Shown here piece after piece: positions 59,014 through 64,000 of a stretch of 64,000 nucleotides of DNA (positions are counted from its first letter, which is position 1; every line of letters begins with the position of its first letter). Under the pieces are notes generated by a model. That model did not search any database and was not told the origin of the DNA. It saw nothing but the letters and a program-made list of their open reading frames with translations. The translations under genes were made by a program, and so were the position numbers. The stretch is from positions 1 to 64,000 of the forward strand of contig CAVRBU010000004.1 of the NCBI GenBank assembly GCA_963719315.1. The letters are read 5' to 3'. The stretch is from an uncultured Planctomycetota bacterium (GTDB taxonomy: Bacteria; Planctomycetota; Planctomycetia; Pirellulales; Lacipirellulaceae).

Positions 59014-59787
59014 TAACTTACGACGATTTTCTATCACTTGCTAACTTTGCACATTTGGAACTCGCGGATACGTAAGCCCTTACTAGTCGTACGCAAATCA
59101 AAATGATTTTGCGATCGACCTTTTGACGCTTTGTCAAATGGGTCGGTGCGAAAAGCGGCCGAAGTACTTGCTGTCGACGCTTATCAAAATCGCATCGAAC
59201 GCGTCACCGAACTTGCCAATACGAAATGAGGAGGGGAGGGCGTTCGGTTTCTCCGCTATCAAGCTCCGGTTGTACCTCCTCATCATAAAACGGTCTTTAC
59301 TCGGAATTTCGAGCACACCCGAACTCGCGTCGGAGTTTCGCTGCCGAAGCGCGCGACGAATTGCGGGAATCTGCGTCGGTGGTCGCCACGTGTTTGCCAC
59401 CGACGCGCGCAACGCGGCCACGGCCCAGTCCCGACGATCACAAAGAGTCGCGGGCGAAGAATGCCACGGGTGGTGGTCCTTACGGAGGCTCGCCATTCCT
59501 TGGTTGGGATCACCAAATACGAACGTCCGGCGATGTCAAAAAGCTCCCTGATTGATGGCAGTCTCGCACTTTGAATTCCAACATGAATATAGGAATGTCG
59601 CAGCCAGAAGATTTAATGGCGAGCGGACTTGTGCTGAGGAGGAGCCGGGAAACCAACGTTTCTGAAACGTTTTGTCATAATACCGCTCGGAATGTGCGTC
59701 TTTAACAGAGCGTTGGACGTTGGTGAACGTGGTAACTATTGGGCGATGCAATGCCGGAGTGGGTGGGCGTCTTTTTTGTTGGTGGTA

Positions 59788-60930
59788 TTAGACGGCAGTC
59801 TGATACCAGAAGCCTTCCCACTGTCCGGGCTGGCCGAGGAACAGGGCGCGGAGGTGGCAGACGCTGTCGCTGCCGGGCTCTCGCCAGCGCATCCCGCTGC
59901 CTTTGAGCCGTCCTCCCACGACCAGCTTGCACGCGGCTTCCACCGGACCGGAGCCGATCATCCAACCGCGGGTCAAGTACGTGGGATAGTCCATGCGATG
60001 GACGTTGTTCCGCACGTATTGTGCTTGTTGTCGGTAGCACTCCCGCTGGGCCTCGTTCCAGTCGCTCTGATCGAGCGATTCCCAACTGGCCACGAGCGCT
60101 GCTCCTCCTTCGTGCTTGAGCTTGTGACACCAGTCACGTTGTCGTTTGGCAAAGGCGCCGTCATCGCCCGGGTGAAGCGCACGAGCCAATTCGGCCACGT
60201 GCTCACTGGCATGGTAAAAGTCGAGGATCCGCACCGCCAGCGGCGCGTTCTTCTCGATGAAACGCTCCAAGCAAGGAGCGCCGTCGGTCAGCGCGATCTG
60301 TTGCTCGGCGTGGTCCCAGCCGACCTGCGCGGCCTGCCGGCGCCATTGCAGCCCCAAATCGTCTAAATCATGAAAACCGGCCAAATACCGCACTTGGTGT
60401 GGATCTTGGGCTGGTTGTTCCTCGAACGGCGAACGCGCATTGAAGACCATCGCCACCGCGGCCATCCGCGACTCCGCCGGGCCACCGCCGATGGCCTGCT
60501 GCGGCACCCCCGTGTGATCGACGGCCAGGTAGGCGCAGCGCCGACCCTCGGCATCCCGTTGCCAAAGCCAGTCTTCCTGGGGGCCAAACGTTTGCTTGGC
60601 CGCGAGTTTCGCTCCCAAGCGTTGGCCCGCTTCTTCCGTGACGCGCAGCACGGTCGACTCCGCCAACCGAATGCCACTCATGCGGACCAAGGCTCGTTCG
60701 GCCGCCAAGCCAAAGCTGCTCAGCGTGCCGGCCAGCGACGCCAGTTCCTCCGCGCCGGGCGTGACGTGCCGCGGGGTGAGGCCCAGCCGCTCGTCCCAGG
60801 GCTGCTGGCTCGCGCCGCACTGGCAGCAGTAGTAATAGGTCCGCGTCAAACGGATGTCTCCCAGCAGGCTGACCAATCCTTTCGTTCGCCAGTCGATGAA
60901 CTTCGCGCTGCCGCCGCAGGAGCAGGCTAA
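59788..60930 (-). CDS. ISKra4 transposase, C-terminal part
   Basis: YYYC..C, LTDGA, ILDFYHA, RMDY..Y...G..IGSGPVEAAC, RLKGSGMRW. Confidence 0.85.
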   Translation of the reverse strand, partial: LACSCGGSAKFIDWRTKGLVSLLGDIRLTRTYYYCCQCGASQQPWDERLGLTPRHVTPGAEELASLAGTLSSFGLAAERALVRMSGIRLAESTVLRVTEEAGQRLGAKLAAKQTFGPQEDWLWQRDAEGRRCAYLAVDHTGVPQQAIGGGPAESRMAAVAMVFNARSPFEEQPAQDPHQVRYLAGFHDLDDLGLQWRRQAAQVGWDHAEQQIALTDGAPCLERFIEKNAPLAVRILDFYHASEHVAELARALHPGDDGAFAKRQRDWCHKLKHEGGAALVASWESLDQSDWNEAQRECYRQQAQYVRNNVHRMDYPTYLTRGWMIGSGPVEAACKLVVGGRLKGSGMRWREPGSDSVCHLRALFLGQPGQWEGFWYQTAV

Positions 60931-62485
60931 CAGCCTGTTGAAGAAGTTGGTATTTGGTGATTTTAGGCAGCCAACGCGAGCGGTTGGTTGATGGTTGATT
61001 TTTGTCGGCCGGTCGGCGGCGTGGGCGTCAGCAGACGCTCCAGCGCGGCCAGGGTGTTAAACAACACAACATGCAAGGCGTCGGCAAGCCCGCCGTTCCC
61101 TTGCAGGCTCCTGGCCGTGCCGATTCCGAACAAGTGGCGCAGGACGAGGCCCAGATTGCGTGCCATGGCCGACGTCAGGTATCGCTTTCTCACTTTCTCG
61201 ATACCATGCAGCCACGTTCGCCGACTGCCGCCCGTCTCGCAGACGTGGGCGAAACTCCGCTCGACCTTCTCACTCCTCTCGCGCTGTAGAGCACGTCCTC
61301 GCTTTCCTTTGACCCGGCGGCGGTTGCCCGTCACCGCCCGACGCTCTTCGTCCGCTTTGTTTTTCCAATTGCGACGATGCGCGTGCTGTGGTTCGGCGAT
61401 GTACGTTCGTAGACCTTCAGTAAATTCCAATTCCGCGAGCGTCTCGTTCCCCGAGTAGCCTTTGTCCGCCACCGCCTCCTCGATGTCCGCGTCGCTGTCG
61501 GCTTGAATCAAGTTGTCTTGCGCTTGGCTGAGGCTCGGGCCGATCGTGTCCACGTCGGCCGCGTTGGCGTGATAGATCTCGGCCGCCAGGATCAGCTCCG
61601 TGTCCAGATCGACGACGTGTTCGGCCTTGTAGGCCAGATGCGTGCGGCCGTCCTTCATCCGGGTGATCCGGCTGTCTGGGTCGGTTTCGCTCTGCCATTC
61701 TTGGTTCGAGACCTTTTTGTCCTTGCGCTGGCGATCGAACCGAGCAATCTCCTCGGCTGAGGGTTCGTCGCCCGGCTCGATCTGGCCTGCTTCCTGCATC
61801 AGACGCCGAACATACTCCTGCCAGTCCTCGCCCGTGTCGCGCCTGACGATGCTCTTCATGGCCGCGTCGGCCTCCAGGGTCGTGGCGTCGACGCCCACCG
61901 TCTTGCCGGCGAGCAGGCCTTGCTGCTCAGCCACCTCGAGCACGAAGCAGAATACTTGCCGATGAACCGACAACGGCAGTCGGTCGCGGACCCGCGTCAG
62001 GCTCGAATGGTCAGGCGTCTCTTCGCCGAGCGGGACGCCCAGAAATTCTCGCAAGCTGAGACTGTCGGCACACCGCCAGGCGATGCCCCGCTGCGAGCCG
62101 AGGCCCTCGAAGTAGCCCACCAACAGCATCCGGAAGTAGACGCCCGGCGGAATGCCGGGCCGCCCCATCGTTTCGTGATAGTACGGCTCACAGAGCCTTT
62201 CGACGAACTCGTCGAAGCCGGCTGCTCGCAGCAATTGATTGAGCTTGCCGTAAAACACATGCCCTTCCGACCGCGGCAACTGGTCCACCGGGATCCAGAA
62301 GGACGACTGCTGCTCTTGGTTGCGGTGTCCCAACGCCATCCGTGATCTCCTCAATTCGGCTCTGCGGATGCCTGAGCAAAACAATAATCGCTCTTACACT
62401 GGCATCCACGCCAACCGCAGGCGACAATTTACGCCATGCCGTCGTTAGCGAAAGTCTATCCAAAGGAGACTTCTTCAACAGGCTG
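60931..62485 (-). mobile_element. IS1182-family (IS5-like DDE) element nested in ISKra4, TSD CTAA
   Basis: Perfect 17-bp IR CAGCCTGTTGAAGAAGT; CTAA at 60927-60930 and 62486-62489. Confidence 0.9.
60963..62339 (-). CDS. IS1182-family transposase
   Basis: GRPGIPP, TPDHSSL, GVDAT, YKAEH, ADKGY, VERSFA. Confidence 0.9.
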   Translation of the reverse strand: MALGHRNQEQQSSFWIPVDQLPRSEGHVFYGKLNQLLRAAGFDEFVERLCEPYYHETMGRPGIPPGVYFRMLLVGYFEGLGSQRGIAWRCADSLSLREFLGVPLGEETPDHSSLTRVRDRLPLSVHRQVFCFVLEVAEQQGLLAGKTVGVDATTLEADAAMKSIVRRDTGEDWQEYVRRLMQEAGQIEPGDEPSAEEIARFDRQRKDKKVSNQEWQSETDPDSRITRMKDGRTHLAYKAEHVVDLDTELILAAEIYHANAADVDTIGPSLSQAQDNLIQADSDADIEEAVADKGYSGNETLAELEFTEGLRTYIAEPQHAHRRNWKNKADEERRAVTGNRRRVKGKRGRALQRERSEKVERSFAHVCETGGSRRTWLHGIEKVRKRYLTSAMARNLGLVLRHLFGIGTARSLQGNGGLADALHVVLFNTLAALERLLTPTPPTGRQKSTINQPLALAA

Positions 62486-62490
62486 CTAAG

Positions 62491-62751
62491 CTAGCTCCCT
62501 GATAAGCGCCCCTTTTTTACACACTCGTTGGTGGCGGTCTCCAGCACGTTCGCTCCCAAATCGAACAACATGTCCCGCAACTCGAACTCGCCGCGGCCCA
62601 ACAACTCCTCGGGCTTCTTCGCCGCCATCATCCGCGCCATGTTCTTCAACTGCTGTTCGGCCTGGCCCTTGAGCGACTCGTAAATCCGCTCCGCCGCCGC
62701 TTCCTCTTCCGCTGTCAGGTCCAGTTCCAACGCCTTGATCTGCTTGGCCAT
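62491..62751 (-). CDS. ISKra4 transposase, N-terminal ORF
   Basis: LLGRGEFELRD; ends just after an A6G4 run adjacent to the nested IS. Confidence 0.75.
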   Translation of the reverse strand: MAKQIKALELDLTAEEEAAAERIYESLKGQAEQQLKNMARMMAAKKPEELLGRGEFELRDMLFDLGANVLETATNECVKKGRLSGS

Positions 62752-63021
62752 CGCTCTGCTCTCCGGTCTTCGAGTTCGAGAATTACCCCCCAATTGTCAC
62801 AGACCCTTCAGCAGAGCAGATTTCCCACCAACAATCGAGACGCCTACCCATGCCGGATGGATGGGCGAATTGACTCATTGCTATTCCGGATGTGGCGGAG
62901 GACAATTTTTGGTCCTGGCGCTCGCGGCGTATGCTCCTGCATCCAGCTCTCCCGCCGCGAGGAAGTACTGGATGGAGAGTATCCCCACTGGTGCCTTCAC
63001 CAAACCGAAAGGAATCGTTCC

Positions 63022-64000
63022 GTGAGCAGCGTGACAATCAACACTAAAACAAAACGCTCAGACTTGAGCACGGTCCTGTCCAGATGGTGCCTGGGAGTGG
63101 CAACCTGCCTGGCCGTGCAGTGCTTCGCGACGACTGGCAATGCGCAGACTCCGTGGACGAATCCGGGTGGCGGATTTTGGCATACGGGTTCCAACTGGTT
63201 CGGTGGTTCGCCGCCAGCGCCAGGAGGAACTGCGATCTTCGCCTTGCCGAACACTTACAACGTTCTATGGAACAACAGCTTTGGAGATTCGGTTAACGCC
63301 CAGTTGGTTGTCGGTGCTGGAAATGTGACCTTTTCCAACACCAGTGCGTCAACTCGAACCTATTCGGTCGGCGGTAATTCGGTGATTACGGGAAGTGGAG
63401 CCACTCTGACGGTGGGTTCGTTCCCGGGAAACATCATGCAACTGACCAGCGGCGGATATGTGGTCAATTCCGGGGGCAGCTTGTCGCGACCGTCGGCAGC
63501 AAGATCAGCACGCCCGGTCTGTTGACGGTGGCAAGCGCCGGAAGCGGCACGCTGACCGTCCAGGCAGGCGGGATTATCCAGGCCGAACTGCTGAGACTGG
63601 GAGACGGCGGATCGGGTTCTGCGCTGGTGACTGGCGCGGGCTCGCAGCTCAACATGGTCTCGACTAATGGATTGACTTCGTATGTTGGCTATTCAGGAAC
63701 CGGCCTCTTGAATATCCAGAATGGAGGGTTGGTAACAACCAGCAGCACGACTACGACAATTGGCGCCAATCCTGGCAGCACCGGCACGGTGAATGTAACA
63801 GGAGCGGGATCGCGCCTGGTTCTGGACAGTGTCTGGCAAGATGACCTGGCGATCGGCGGTGACGGAACCGGCCTGCTCAATATCCTTGACGGAGGGTTTG
63901 TCACCAACAGGCAAGCCTTTGTCGGCCTGACTTCTGGCGGCACTGGAACAATCAACGTTTCCGGCGCAGGATCGACCTGGCAGATTGAATCGTTGCGAAT
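63022..64000 (+). CDS. Exported beta-strand-repeat protein (T5SS/PEP-CTERM-associated repeat type), partial, frameshift near 63490
   Basis: Signal peptide, then repeated GTG.LNI..GG.V and VTGAGS units; runs off the window end. Confidence 0.75.

Larger units (their letters stand above)
59761..62849 (-). mobile_element. ISKra4-family element, interrupted by a nested IS
   Basis: Imperfect 25-bp IRs GGGTGGGCGTCTTTTTTGTTGGTGG / CCACCAACAATCGAGACGCCTACCC; ATGCCGGA direct repeat at 59751-59758 and 62850-62857 (2 nt offset on the left). Confidence 0.8.

Noticed and set aside
59134..59496. Integrase remnant (starts MASLRK) beside the second att scar
   Set aside because: No tyrosine-recombinase motifs in the rest of the ORF.

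Overview
The window is GC-rich bacterial DNA that looks like Planctomycetota, probably Pirellulales. This is inferred from a DUF1559 prepilin-type gene, a planctomycete RRLxxExLExR export signal, planctomycete cytochrome-c domains and PEP-CTERM proteins. Many genes carry 1-2 nt frameshifts that look like long-read consensus errors. From left to right: (1) 1-4.2 kb is the end of a phage-satellite-like element, with a frameshifted AEP primase/PriCT gene, small coupled ORFs, a structured leader resembling P4 CI / P1 C4 antisense control, and AT-richer cargo including a UDG-superfamily-like gene. (2) An IS21 copy (4231-6833) lacks a target duplication and marks a rearrangement junction. (3) A ~44 kb LacI-centred divergent catabolic locus holds six Gfo/Idh/MocA oxidoreductases, an MFS transporter, an aldolase, an amidohydrolase+Rieske pair, DUF1559+lipoprotein, two PEP-CTERM proteins, a PhyH dioxygenase, two sulfatases, a sialate O-acetylesterase and three giant uncharacterised secreted beta-propeller proteins. 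(4) Two 3'-half tRNA-Pro(GGG) att-like scars (51896 and 58971) bracket a decayed segment with a PD-(D/E)xK-like gene, an aquaporin fragment and an arylsulfatase knocked out by a second, inverted IS21 copy. (5) An ISKra4-family element has an IS1182-family element nested inside it, followed by the start of a beta-strand-repeat exported protein. No CRISPR array, rRNA or complete tRNA was found. All family assignments come from motifs read by eye; no database search was run.
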